The notes beneath the pieces are model-generated. The model was given only the letters and a program-made list of their open reading frames with translations, made no database searches and was not told the origin of the DNA. Both the position numbers and the translations under genes were made by a program. A DNA stretch of 62,723 nucleotides from Candidatus Kuenenia stuttgartensis (GTDB lineage Bacteria > Planctomycetota > Planctomycetia > Pirellulales > UBA1268). Location of the stretch: assembly GCA_945890755.1 (NCBI GenBank), contig CAMDDA010000002.1:1-62723 (forward strand), given 5' to 3'. Shown piece by piece: positions 29,581 to 37,722 of this stretch (positions are counted from its first letter, which is position 1; every line of letters begins with the position of its first letter).

Positions 29581-30674
29581 CAGAGCATCGCCTCGACCGC
29601 CGCCGTCGCTTCGGCGGTGGCGCGGCCCAGATCGTCGGCCGGCACCACCACCACGGCCTTCGGCGCCCGGGGCGAGCGGGCCTCGCGCGACCGCAGTCGC
29701 TCGACGAGCCGCTCCTGCATCCGCATGAGCGTTGCGACGGCCACATCGGGCGCCGTGCAGACCGCAACACCGCTCCGCGTCACGTCGGCGAACACGTTCG
29801 ACCAGCGGTCGGCCTGCCGACAGCTGAAGGCGACCCGCTCCTCGAGCGTCGCCGCATCCGCCACGAGCAGGATCGCCACGTGCGGCTGGATCGTGGTGCG
29901 GGCCACGGCGTCCAGTTCCGCTTCGAGTCGCGCCAGCGATTCGCGAGGCAGTTCATCCGCGGCCGCCACGGCGAGCGAGTCGAGCCAAAAATCGGCGATC
30001 GCGCCGTGCGGCTCGTCGTGCCAGCCGGCCGCGGCCAGCGGCCGCGCCCAAGAGGAGAGGGTCTGCGACCATGCAGCCGATCCGGGAGGCAGCGCCGCGG
30101 GCAGCGGCACGGGGGCCCGCACGAGCCGTGAGAGCGTGGCGTCGGCCACGGCCTCGGCCACCTCGTGCGCCCCGCTCCCGGGCACGCCGACGACGGCGAC
30201 GAGCGGGTGCGACACGGAAATGTTGTCGAGCAGGTCCCGCACCGTGCAGGAAGCTGTCGGAATGGTAAGGTCGCCGGCGATCTCGACGGACGGTTCGAGC
30301 ACGAACCGCCGGGTGGCCATCCGCGGATGCGGCACCGTCAGCTCCGCCGTCTCGACCACCAGGTCTTCATAGAGCAAGAGATCGAGATCGATCGTTCGCT
30401 CTCCCCACCGTTCGAGCCTCTCCCGGTGCAGCGTGTTCTCAACGGCTGCCAGCATGCCGAGCACGTCTTCAGGCGGCAGGTCTGTCTCGATCAGGCAGGC
30501 GCCGTTGAGATACGCATCCTGGCCTACGGGGCCGCCGACGGGCCGCGTCTCACGAAAGCGGCTGACGGCGACGAGCGCCACGCCGGGCATGAATCGCAGC
30601 AGTTCGACAGCCCTGTCGAGTTGCTCACGTCGTTTGCCCAGGTTGGAGCCGCATCCGATGAGGCATCGTGCCAT
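29580..30674 (-). CDS. folK: HPPK (2-amino-4-hydroxy-6-hydroxymethyldihydropteridine diphosphokinase) fused to a C-terminal P-loop-kinase-like domain with a degenerate Walker A
   Basis: N-terminal ~160 aa: IGCGSNLG...R...TIDLDLLLY...LTVPHPRMATRRFVLEP. The C-terminal ~200 aa start with VAVVGVPGSGAHEV, which is GxxGxGK-like but has Ala in place of Lys. Confidence 0.8.
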   Translation of the reverse strand: MARCLIGCGSNLGKRREQLDRAVELLRFMPGVALVAVSRFRETRPVGGPVGQDAYLNGACLIETDLPPEDVLGMLAAVENTLHRERLERWGERTIDLDLLLYEDLVVETAELTVPHPRMATRRFVLEPSVEIAGDLTIPTASCTVRDLLDNISVSHPLVAVVGVPGSGAHEVAEAVADATLSRLVRAPVPLPAALPPGSAAWSQTLSSWARPLAAAGWHDEPHGAIADFWLDSLAVAAADELPRESLARLEAELDAVARTTIQPHVAILLVADAATLEERVAFSCRQADRWSNVFADVTRSGVAVCTAPDVAVATLMRMQERLVERLRSREARSPRAPKAVVVVPADDLGRATAEATAAVEAML

Positions 30675-31105
30675 GGCTGTTCCCGTCCCTTGTGCCGTAG
30701 CCTGAGCGAACCGGATCGCCGCATTCTACAGGCCGATGGGCTCGTCGAGGCAAATCCTCACGTGGTGAGCAGGCAGGCAGACCACCCCGAGTGCCGCATC
30801 AGGAGCACAAAACACTCCAAAAACAGGGGAAGCCGACGGAAAGCGGGGGGGACATCCAGGCCACGACCAAGGTCGTCGACAGTCGATCCCTCAAGTCGTC
30901 GCCCCCCGAAATATCCGGCGGAATCCTCTGTTTTTTGTTTGCGACGCTGGCCTTCATGACCAACGCGGTGCGAAGATGAAACGCATTCTGTGAATGCCGT
31001 GGGCGTTGTCAAGGCAACGCAGGCGCACACGAGCACCGCGCGAACAAGTCGCGCGAGCAAGCCTCGCGATACTGGTTTCACAGTTGGCCCGAGGCAACCT
31101 GTTCG

Positions 31106-32002
31106 ATGCCTGCTTCCTCCTCCGCTCTGCCCGACGATCCGCCTGGCGACGACGCCGAACAGGCGTACGCAGATGGGCTGCCCGCGAACCTGGGCCCGCT
31201 GGATGACGCGCTGACGCACGCCACGGATTTCGCCGCGGAACAGATCGCCCCCGCAGCTGAATCACCGCCGGCGCCGAGCTATTGGACAGTCTCGCGCACG
31301 CCGCTGACGAGCCTCGTGTTCTCGTTGCCACTCGTGCTCGCCTACGAAGGAGGCGTGCTCTGGCTGGGCCGCGGCACACCCCGCAATGGTGCCGACGTCT
31401 GGCTGCGGCATGTGCTCGACGCCTGCGGTTTCGGGGCTTATTTTCTGCTGCCAGTGCTCACGATCGTGGGCCTGCTCGCCTGGCACCATGTGGAGCACGA
31501 CCGCTGGCACTTCAGCCCGGCCGTGCTCATGGGCATGGCTGGCGAATGCGTGCTCTGGGCCATGCTGCTCATCGGCATTGCCAGGCTGCAGCAGCAGCTT
31601 TGGCCTGTGTCGCTGCATTTGGCGGAGATGTGGCCACGGGCCCTCGTCGCGGGCCCCCCCGCGGGCTTGCTGGAAGGAGCGGTTGCCCGCGTGATCGGCT
31701 ATTGCGGCGCCGGACTCTACGAGGAGGTGTTGTTTCGGCTGCTGCTCCTGCCGGCCGTCGCATGGCTGCTCGGCCGGCTCGGCTCCGGACCGATCGCGGC
31801 GGCAGTCTGGGCAATTCTGATCACGAGCATCCTCTTCAGCCTCGCCCACTATGTCGGCCCGCTCGGCGATGCCTTCGACCTCTACAGCTTTTCGTTCCGG
31901 CTGGCGGCCGGCGTGTTCTTCGCCGTCGTATTTCTCCTACGCGGCTTCGGCATCGCCGCGGGCACGCATGCGTTGTACGACCTGTTCGTGGGGCTCGTAT
32001 AG
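31106..32002 (+). CDS. CPBP family intramembrane glutamic endopeptidase (CAAX protease-like)
   Basis: EEVLFR, FSLAHY and HALYD motifs sit in a polytopic membrane protein. The N-terminus is acidic and Pro-rich. Confidence 0.75.
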   Translation: MPASSSALPDDPPGDDAEQAYADGLPANLGPLDDALTHATDFAAEQIAPAAESPPAPSYWTVSRTPLTSLVFSLPLVLAYEGGVLWLGRGTPRNGADVWLRHVLDACGFGAYFLLPVLTIVGLLAWHHVEHDRWHFSPAVLMGMAGECVLWAMLLIGIARLQQQLWPVSLHLAEMWPRALVAGPPAGLLEGAVARVIGYCGAGLYEEVLFRLLLLPAVAWLLGRLGSGPIAAAVWAILITSILFSLAHYVGPLGDAFDLYSFSFRLAAGVFFAVVFLLRGFGIAAGTHALYDLFVGLV

Positions 32003-32144
32003 CGGCACGATCGGCAGGCGGGTCGTGCCTGCCGGCCGTGGCTTGGTGGCCCCCGCAGCCGGCTCCTATACTTGCGATCCGGAATCATGCACCGCGATCG
32101 GTCCAGCCACGAGGCTGGGAGCCGTCGCGGCAGGGAGTGTCGTC

Positions 32145-32684
32145 GTGCTATCGGTTCGGCCCAAGGCAACGGATCTCGTCTTTCAGCTCTACGGGAGGGT
32201 GGTGCACCCTGAGCTGTTCGAGATCTGCACGTCACGATCGATCGACCGCGGCGGCTATTCGGCCAGCATCGCGATCACGACCGCCGGCCACCTGCTCACC
32301 TGGCGGCGGGAGGGGTTGACGCTCACCGAAGTGGCCACCGCTGCCGCCCAGCCGCTGCCGCTCAAGCGCCGACTGCTCTCGCATCGCATCGTCGGCGAAC
32401 GGGGCGACCGCATGGAATGCCGGGGCGGCACGACCTATGAAACCTGCTTTCAGCTCGAGAAGGTGGCCGACGACGTGCTCTGGTCGTTCCAGCAGGAACT
32501 GGTCGCGGCCGGCACCAAACGTGGCCTGCTCTACCGTTTTCAGGATGGCGGGCGGCTCGCACTGGGCGCCGTGAGCTTCATCGACATCGAGACCCGTCCC
32601 CGCGGCCTGCTCGTGCAGGCGTTCCACACGTTCCCCGAGGATCGGGCGATCGTGAAGAGTCAGTCGCTCTTCGAGTTTCCCTGA
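32145..32684 (+). CDS. conserved hypothetical protein (possibly DUF2617-like)
   Basis: GTG at 32145 sits 7 nt after GGGAG. VLSVRPKATDLVFQLYGRVVHPELF... has non-biased composition. The DUF assignment is from memory only. Confidence 0.5.
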   Translation: MLSVRPKATDLVFQLYGRVVHPELFEICTSRSIDRGGYSASIAITTAGHLLTWRREGLTLTEVATAAAQPLPLKRRLLSHRIVGERGDRMECRGGTTYETCFQLEKVADDVLWSFQQELVAAGTKRGLLYRFQDGGRLALGAVSFIDIETRPRGLLVQAFHTFPEDRAIVKSQSLFEFP

Positions 32685-32714
32685 TCGGGTCACCCTTCTT
32701 TTCTGGAATCGTTC

Positions 32715-33209
32715 ATGCCGAAGCCCGCTTCAGCCACAGCTCAGGCCTCCGCGCCAGCCGCCGAGGCCCGTCGCAGCCGCGTGCTCATCGCCGACGACAA
32801 CGAGCCGAACCGCGAGTTGCTCGAGGTCTATCTGGCCGAAGTCGATTGCACGATCGCCACGGCCGTCGATGGCCGCGATACGCTCGACAAGGTGGCGAGC
32901 TTCGCCCCCGACGTGATTCTGCTCGACGTGATGATGCCGAAGCTGTCGGGTTTCGAGGTCTGCCAGCAGCTGAAGTCGAATCCGGCGACGAGCCGGATCA
33001 TGATCCTGATGGTGACGGCCCTCGGCGAGCTCGGCGACATCGAGCGGGCCGTCGAGGCAGGCACCGACGACTTCCTCTCGAAGCCGGTCAACAAGGTGGA
33101 GCTCGTGAAGCGGGTCGAGAACATGCTCAAGCTCCGCCATGTGAGCGACGAGCTGGAGCGGCTGCGGAGCTACATCCGCACCATGGACGACGACCAGCCG
33201 CCACGATAG
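32715..33209 (+). CDS. single-domain response regulator (REC only)
   Basis: RVLIADDNEPNRELL..., VILLDVMMPKLSGFEV (phospho-accepting Asp), MVTAL, FLSKP. The TAG stop lies in the first TAGGCCC of REP-A. Confidence 0.9.
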   Translation: MPKPASATAQASAPAAEARRSRVLIADDNEPNRELLEVYLAEVDCTIATAVDGRDTLDKVASFAPDVILLDVMMPKLSGFEVCQQLKSNPATSRIMILMVTALGELGDIERAVEAGTDDFLSKPVNKVELVKRVENMLKLRHVSDELERLRSYIRTMDDDQPPR

Positions 33210-33290
33210 GCCCGTCACTCCGTGACGGGCAGCCCTCCCGTAGGCCCGTCACTCCGTGACGGGCAGCCCGTTGCGGAGCAACGGGCCTAC
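33207..33290 (+). repeat. REP-A element, expanded to three hairpins
   Basis: TAGGCCCGTCACTCCGTGACGGGC, a spacer, then the canonical 51-nt copy. It lies between the convergent response regulator and metF. Confidence 0.9.
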
Positions 33291-33310
33291 GTCAGCAGCG
33301 AGCCCTCTCA

Positions 33311-34186
33311 CTACCTCGCCCGGAGGCCGACGTGCTCCAGCACTCGCTTCGTCGCGGGCGACTTGTTGAGCACGTAGAAGTGAATGCCGGGCACTCCCGC
33401 GGCCATGAGCCCTTCGACCTGCCGAGCCGCGAACGTCACACCGGCCTCGAACTGGGCCGCCTCGTCGTCCCCCGCCGCCTCGAACGCGCGGGTGAAGTCG
33501 TCGGGCAGCCGCGCCTTGCACAGGCTGGCGATGCGGCGGATCTGGGCATAGTTGGTCACGGGCATTACGCCGGGCACGATCGGAACCGTGATCCCGAGCG
33601 CGTCACACTGCTCCCGAAACCGCAGGAAGTCGGCGTTGTCGTAGAACAGTTGCGTCACCACGGCCTCACCGCCGGCGTCGCACTTCCGCTTGAGGTTCTC
33701 GAGATCGGCCGCAGGGCTCACGGCCTCCTGGTGGGTCTCCGGATAGCCGGCCACGAGGATGCCGAATTCGGGAAATTCGCCACGGATAAGGGCCACGAGT
33801 TCCGACGCATACCGGAGGCCGCCGGCCACGGGCGTAAACGACGTTTCGCCTTTCGGCGGATCACCCCGCAGGGCGACGATCGCCGCCACGCCGCGGTCGC
33901 GGGCCTCGCGCAGGTAGTGACGAAGCTCGTCCACCGAGCTGCCCACGCAGGTGAGGTGACTGGCCACCGGCACGTCGTGCCGGGACTTCACGCCCGAGAT
34001 GACGTCGAGCGTCTTCGTCTGCGTGGAGCCTCCCGCGCCATACGTGCACGTGATCAGCGCGGGTTCGTAGGCCATGAGCTCGTCCACCGTGTGCCACATC
34101 ACGGCTTCCGACTCGGGCGTCTTGGGCGGAAACAGTTCGAACGAGAGTCCGAAGCGACCGGCGGCGTAGGTGTCTGTGATCATCAT
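33311..34186 (-). CDS. metF: 5,10-methylenetetrahydrofolate reductase
   Basis: FSFELFPPKT, TCTYGAGGST, ASHLTCVG, ALRGDPP. Confidence 0.93.
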   Translation of the reverse strand: MMITDTYAAGRFGLSFELFPPKTPESEAVMWHTVDELMAYEPALITCTYGAGGSTQTKTLDVISGVKSRHDVPVASHLTCVGSSVDELRHYLREARDRGVAAIVALRGDPPKGETSFTPVAGGLRYASELVALIRGEFPEFGILVAGYPETHQEAVSPAADLENLKRKCDAGGEAVVTQLFYDNADFLRFREQCDALGITVPIVPGVMPVTNYAQIRRIASLCKARLPDDFTRAFEAAGDDEAAQFEAGVTFAARQVEGLMAAGVPGIHFYVLNKSPATKRVLEHVGLRAR

Positions 34187-34223
34187 GACGATGTATCGTA
34201 GCCCGCACGCGGCAGAAGCGGAA

Positions 34224-35495
34224 TCAGCCCGGAGCGGGGCCGCCGGCGACGGCCTGCACGAGGTCGCGGTCGGCGGGCAGGATTTCGAGGCCGCGGCGGG
34301 CCATCATCCGGCCGAGCACCGTGGTCACCTGCTCGACCGTCGCACGGCTGCCGCCTGCGCCGCCGCCGATCAGGGTGGAAAACCCGGGCACCACCTCGGG
34401 CACGCTTCCCCCGACGGTGGCCGCCGGGCCGATGCGGCAGCCGCAGGGGAGCGACGAGTGGATCGCCGTCTTCGTGAAGTCGCCGATCAATGCGCCGAGA
34501 AACTGCCGCCCGGTGTCGATCACGTCGGTGCTGCCGTCACGCCGCGGCTCGTGCACCCGGATCGGACCGTAGCTCGTCTTGAGGTTGCTCGTGATGGTGC
34601 CGGCCCCGATGTTCACCCAGCTGCCCAGATGGCTGTGGCCGAGGAAACCCTCGTGGGCCTTGTTCGAGAACGCCTCGAGCACGCTCGCCTCGATCTCGCC
34701 CCCCACGCGGCAGCCGCGGCCCACGGCCGTGCCGCCCCTCAGCCAGGCGTGTGGATTCACGCGGGACCCCGGCCCGATCCAGATCGGACCATCGAGGCAG
34801 ACGAACGGGCCGATCTCGGCGCCGGCTTCGACGACCACCGGGCCGTTGCGCACGACGACGGCGTCGGCCACATGGCCGCCGGCGGCGACGAACAGGCCGG
34901 GACGAATCTCCTGATACGCCCCAGAGTCGATTCGCACGCTCAGCGAGCCGGCGAGCGCTCGCTCATGGGCGGTGACGATGTCGTGGGGCGCGGCAATGAC
35001 CGCAAGCTCTGCAGCTGCATCCGGGAGCGTGAGCGATTCGATCTCGGCGACGGGATCATGGTCACCGGTGAGCAGTCGCTCGACGACGGCCTGATCGGGG
35101 CCGCCGCCGTCGGCGTCGAGATGCAGAACGGCAGCGGCGATGCTGCCGAACTGCCGCACCGCGCCACGGTGGCCCGCCTCGACGAGCCCCCGGAGCGCGA
35201 GGAGGTTCTCACGACTGGGCACGACCCGCGCGTTCACGAGCAGGACGAGCGCCCCGTGCCGTGACGCGGGCGGCTGCCAGCCTGCGTCAGCCGCGCCGCC
35301 CCAGACGGCGAGGCGACCGCCGAGGCCGGCGAGATGCACCGCCAGGTGCGGCCGCACGGCCCGCCGCACATGCCCGAGATGCCCGAGCCCTTCGACGAGC
35401 GTGTGCGATCCGAGCGTGAGGTCGCAGGCGGGGCGGGCGGCGATGAGATCTCCGAGCTGTGCGACGGCGGCATCCTCGAATACGACGACGTTCAT
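34224..35495 (-). CDS. putative sugar nucleotidyltransferase with a left-handed beta-helix domain (alternative GlmU-like)
   Basis: The C-terminal hexapeptide-repeat region reads [24 protein letters not shown]...[22 protein letters not shown] at 35495. Confidence 0.6.
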   Translation of the reverse strand: MNVVVFEDAAVAQLGDLIAARPACDLTLGSHTLVEGLGHLGHVRRAVRPHLAVHLAGLGGRLAVWGGAADAGWQPPASRHGALVLLVNARVVPSRENLLALRGLVEAGHRGAVRQFGSIAAAVLHLDADGGGPDQAVVERLLTGDHDPVAEIESLTLPDAAAELAVIAAPHDIVTAHERALAGSLSVRIDSGAYQEIRPGLFVAAGGHVADAVVVRNGPVVVEAGAEIGPFVCLDGPIWIGPGSRVNPHAWLRGGTAVGRGCRVGGEIEASVLEAFSNKAHEGFLGHSHLGSWVNIGAGTITSNLKTSYGPIRVHEPRRDGSTDVIDTGRQFLGALIGDFTKTAIHSSLPCGCRIGPAATVGGSVPEVVPGFSTLIGGGAGGSRATVEQVTTVLGRMMARRGLEILPADRDLVQAVAGGPAPG

Positions 35496-35609
35496 GCGGG
35501 CACACTCCCGAAGCGCACAAAACCAGCAGGATCGGCCCAGACACTTTACCGCCGCTGGCAATGCCGCGGGCGACGGCGTAGGCTTCGGACGTGACGACGC
35601 CCCTCACGA

Positions 35610-35692
35610 GCCGGAGTGGCGGAATGGCAGACGCGGCGGACTCAAAATCCGTTGCCCGCAAGGGCGTGTGGGTTCAAGTCCCACCTCCGGCA
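35610..35692 (+). tRNA. tRNA-Leu (anticodon CAA), type II with a long variable arm
   Basis: Acceptor GCCGGAG/CTCCGGC plus discriminator A. Anticodon stem GCGGA/TCCGT with loop CTCAAAA. T arm GTGGG-TTCAAGT-CCCAC. No CCA is encoded. Confidence 0.93.
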
Positions 35693-35845
35693 TTGCGTAT
35701 TCTTCCCCGACCAACGCTTGCCAGGACGATCGCAGGGCGGAGTTTTGCCTGCGAGAGGTCCGAGAAGGGGAACGGCACCAGCGCTACCGAACCTCGCCCA
35801 AGTGCGACCACGCCGCATCCTCCGCGGGGCAAGTCCGCGGCCTGA

Positions 35846-35874
35846 TGACGGCCGTATCACAGCCAAGCTAGAAT
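35846..35874 (+). promoter_or_regulatory. candidate sigma70-like promoter giving a leaderless transcript
   Basis: TGACGG-N17-TAGAAT. The -10 element ends 6 nt before ATG 35881, and there is no SD. Confidence 0.3.
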
Positions 35875-35880
35875 GCTCAT

Positions 35881-36108
35881 ATGTTGAGCCCCGAAACCAT
35901 TGCCGAATACCGCCGGATGACGCCCGGCCAACGGCTGCAGTTCAGTTTCGCCATGATCCGAGAAAACACTCCCTACCTCTTGCGCGGGCGAGAGGAGGTG
36001 GTCCAACGGCGGTTTGAGTTGCTGCAGCGGGAAAACGACCTCCGGAACGACGGGATCCTGCGGGGAATGGCCCGGCTGGGTCATGTCGTGGTAACCGTGG
36101 CCCGATGA
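35881..36108 (+). CDS. hypothetical small protein (75 aa) in the tRNA-adjacent islet
   Basis: ATG-initiated ORF whose stop overlaps the next ATG (ATGA), suggesting a two-gene module. I recognise no family. Confidence 0.4.
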   Translation: MLSPETIAEYRRMTPGQRLQFSFAMIRENTPYLLRGREEVVQRRFELLQRENDLRNDGILRGMARLGHVVVTVAR

Positions 36109-36272
36109 CCGATTTGACGGCGGTGATCCACGACCTGGTCGGCTTATTCGACCGGCTCCGGCTGCCTTACGCGATCATGGGCGGCATCGCCGTTCGTGCC
36201 CACGGCCAATGGCCCTCCCTCGACGCCGAGCCCGCTGGTCGTCGAACAGCGGTGAGTTGGTCATCACCTTGA
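36105..36272 (+). pseudogene. truncated nucleotidyltransferase-like gene remnant
   Basis: MTDLTAVIHDLVGLFDRLRLPYAIMGGIAVRAHG resembles the N-terminus of MNT/AbiEii-type nucleotidyltransferases. The frame then degenerates and stops after 55 aa. Confidence 0.35.
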
Positions 36273-36482
36273 CCTGCCCCCATGAATGGAACCAGTCTCT
36301 ATCATCAGGGTAGACCTGCCAAGGGATCGCCCCGGTCAGGCTTGGCCGTGATGAACCCGAACACGATGAACCGTCGCACTTTTCCTGCAGATCGGGCCAG
36401 TCGATGGATCGCCAGAAGCCGCCGGGCGGCCGCGACCCGTTCGGGCGTACCGCTCCCGAGCCGAATCTACGTCTTCGAGCCC

Positions 36483-36568
36483 AATGATGGTCAGGTCAAC
36501 GGCACTTCCTCACCGGTCTTCCGGCCGATGAGCGACTTGTGAGCCTCTTGAGAAGCGGACCGGCGTCC
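36483..36568 (+). repeat. left copy of an 86-nt imperfect direct repeat bracketing the vapBC cassette
   Basis: It aligns base-for-base at offset 925 with 37408-37493. I count about 6 mismatches by eye. Confidence 0.85.
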
Positions 36569-36687
36569 GGAGCGGTTTTCTCGAACCGCCCCGCACCCGG
36601 ATCGGTGGCGTTTTTCTCGCGTCTGCGCAGACCGCGTTTACAGCCAACGGGAGAACAGTCTCTTGCTCTTGACGAGACGCCCCACAT

Positions 36688-36710
36688 AAAGTAGTGTTCA
36701 ACACTACTTT
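36688..36710. promoter_or_regulatory. perfect 23-bp palindrome, likely the antitoxin operator overlapping the vapBC promoter
   Basis: AAAGTAGTGTT-C-AACACTACTTT lies 12 nt upstream of the vapB ATG. TTGACG at 36669-36674 with N17 then TAGTGT, or TTGCTC with N18 then TAAAGT, both overlap it. Confidence 0.5.
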
Positions 36711-36722
36711 TAGCTGGATATC

Positions 36723-36965
36723 ATGCGCATGAAAACAATCTCGGCCGCCGACGCCAACCGGCATTTTTCCCGCGTCCTCCGCGAAGTGTCGCAGGGAGAG
36801 CATGTGACTGTGGTGTCGCGCGGCAGGCCCGTGGCGACCATCGCACCGGTTCGCGGGAGCGGTCGCGAGCGACGGGCGGCGAAACGCATGTTGCTCGAGC
36901 GATTGCGACGACAGCCTGCAGTCGGGGCCCGCAACTGGACCCGTGACGAACTCTACGAGAACTGA
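36723..36965 (+). CDS. type II antitoxin, Phd/YefM (prevent-host-death) family
   Basis: MKTISAADANRHFSRVLREVSQGEHVTVVSRGRPVATI is the typical Phd/YefM N-terminal fold signature. It is followed 2 nt later by a PIN gene. Confidence 0.8.
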   Translation: MRMKTISAADANRHFSRVLREVSQGEHVTVVSRGRPVATIAPVRGSGRERRAAKRMLLERLRRQPAVGARNWTRDELYEN

Positions 36966-36967
36966 CC

Positions 36968-37408
36968 GTGCGGGTCGCCATCGATACCAACGTGCTCGCA
37001 TACGCCGAGGGTGTCGGAGATGCGGAGCGGTGTCGCGTTGCCATCGGCCTCATCGAGCGATTGCCCGAATCGGCCGTCGTGCTGCCGGCGCAGGTGCTTG
37101 GCGAGTTGATGCTGGTCCTCACACGCAAGGCGGGGCGGACTCGCGAGGCTGCCCGCGACGCCGTGCTTGGCTGGGCCGATTCGTTTGACGTCAGCGACTC
37201 GACGTGGGCTTCGTTTCAGTCGGCGTTCGATCTCTCCGTGAACCACGAGTTTCGAATGTGGGACGCCATCGTGATGGCGGTTGCTGCGGAAAATTGCTGC
37301 CGCATCGTGCTCAGCGAGGACCTTCAGCATGGTTTTACATGGCGCGGTGTGACGATCGTCAACCCATTTCTACCGGATGAGTCGCCCCTGCTCGCGGCCA
37401 TTCTCTAA
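36968..37408 (+). CDS. vapC: type II toxin, PIN-domain ribonuclease VapC
   Basis: GTG start. Acidic PIN residues occur in VAIDTNVL, ...GEL..., WDAIVMA and LSEDL. Confidence 0.8.
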   Translation: MRVAIDTNVLAYAEGVGDAERCRVAIGLIERLPESAVVLPAQVLGELMLVLTRKAGRTREAARDAVLGWADSFDVSDSTWASFQSAFDLSVNHEFRMWDAIVMAVAAENCCRIVLSEDLQHGFTWRGVTIVNPFLPDESPLLAAIL

Positions 37409-37493
37409 AGGATGGCCCGGTCAACGGCACTTCCTCGCCGGTCTTCCGGCCGATGAGCGACTCGTGAGCCTCGTGAGAAGCGGACCGGCGTCC
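37408..37493 (+). repeat. right copy of the 86-nt direct repeat bracketing the vapBC cassette
   Basis: See 36483-36568. It begins at the last base of the vapC stop codon. Confidence 0.85.
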
Positions 37494-37722
37494 TTCGACG
37501 GGACTGCCCTCCAGACCTACCCGTCGTCGTTCGGGCTTTCCGGCTCCCGAAAACGGTGCTGGGCCAGTACCTTCGACGCGCCCGATCCCGACCCTGTTGC
37601 CTTCGAGCGGGCCAGCCATGACGAGGCGTGGGGCTGTGCCTATTCACGACGCGAGTCGTGCGGACCGTTTGCGGAGCCGAACCGGCAGCGACTATCCTTC
37701 CGAACCTCCCAGGAGTGAACTC

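Larger units (their letters stand above)
36569..37407 (+). mobile_element. vapBC toxin-antitoxin cassette bounded by direct repeats (mobility is inferred)
   Basis: It carries its own promoter/operator region and two genes between the 86-nt direct repeats. GC content is visibly lower than the surroundings. Confidence 0.35.

Noticed and set aside
30758-31219. 153-aa minus-strand ORF spanning the folK/CPBP divergent spacer
   Set aside because: It overlaps the CPBP protease start, has Arg-rich composition and shows no motif. It is probably spurious.
36282-36542. 86-aa ORF whose 3' end lies in the left vapBC direct repeat (the repeat would then be a duplicated gene end, as in the rhuM case)
   Set aside because: The translation is Arg/Pro/Ser-rich with no recognisable domain and no SD. 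The same C-terminal peptide in the right copy has no ORF upstream. I treat it as non-coding, though the shared TGA position is noted.
36483-37493. Integron attC sites / CALIN as the explanation for the ~80-bp direct repeats around the vapBC and rhuM cassettes
   Set aside because: Both repeats contain a GG(T/C)CAAC near the 5' end (6/7 match to RYYYAAC). However, I find no complementary GTTRRRY at the other end and no convincing L'/L'' pairing. The rhuM repeat is clearly duplicated coding sequence of fae and apbE. No intI is in the window. This should still be tested with an attC covariance model.
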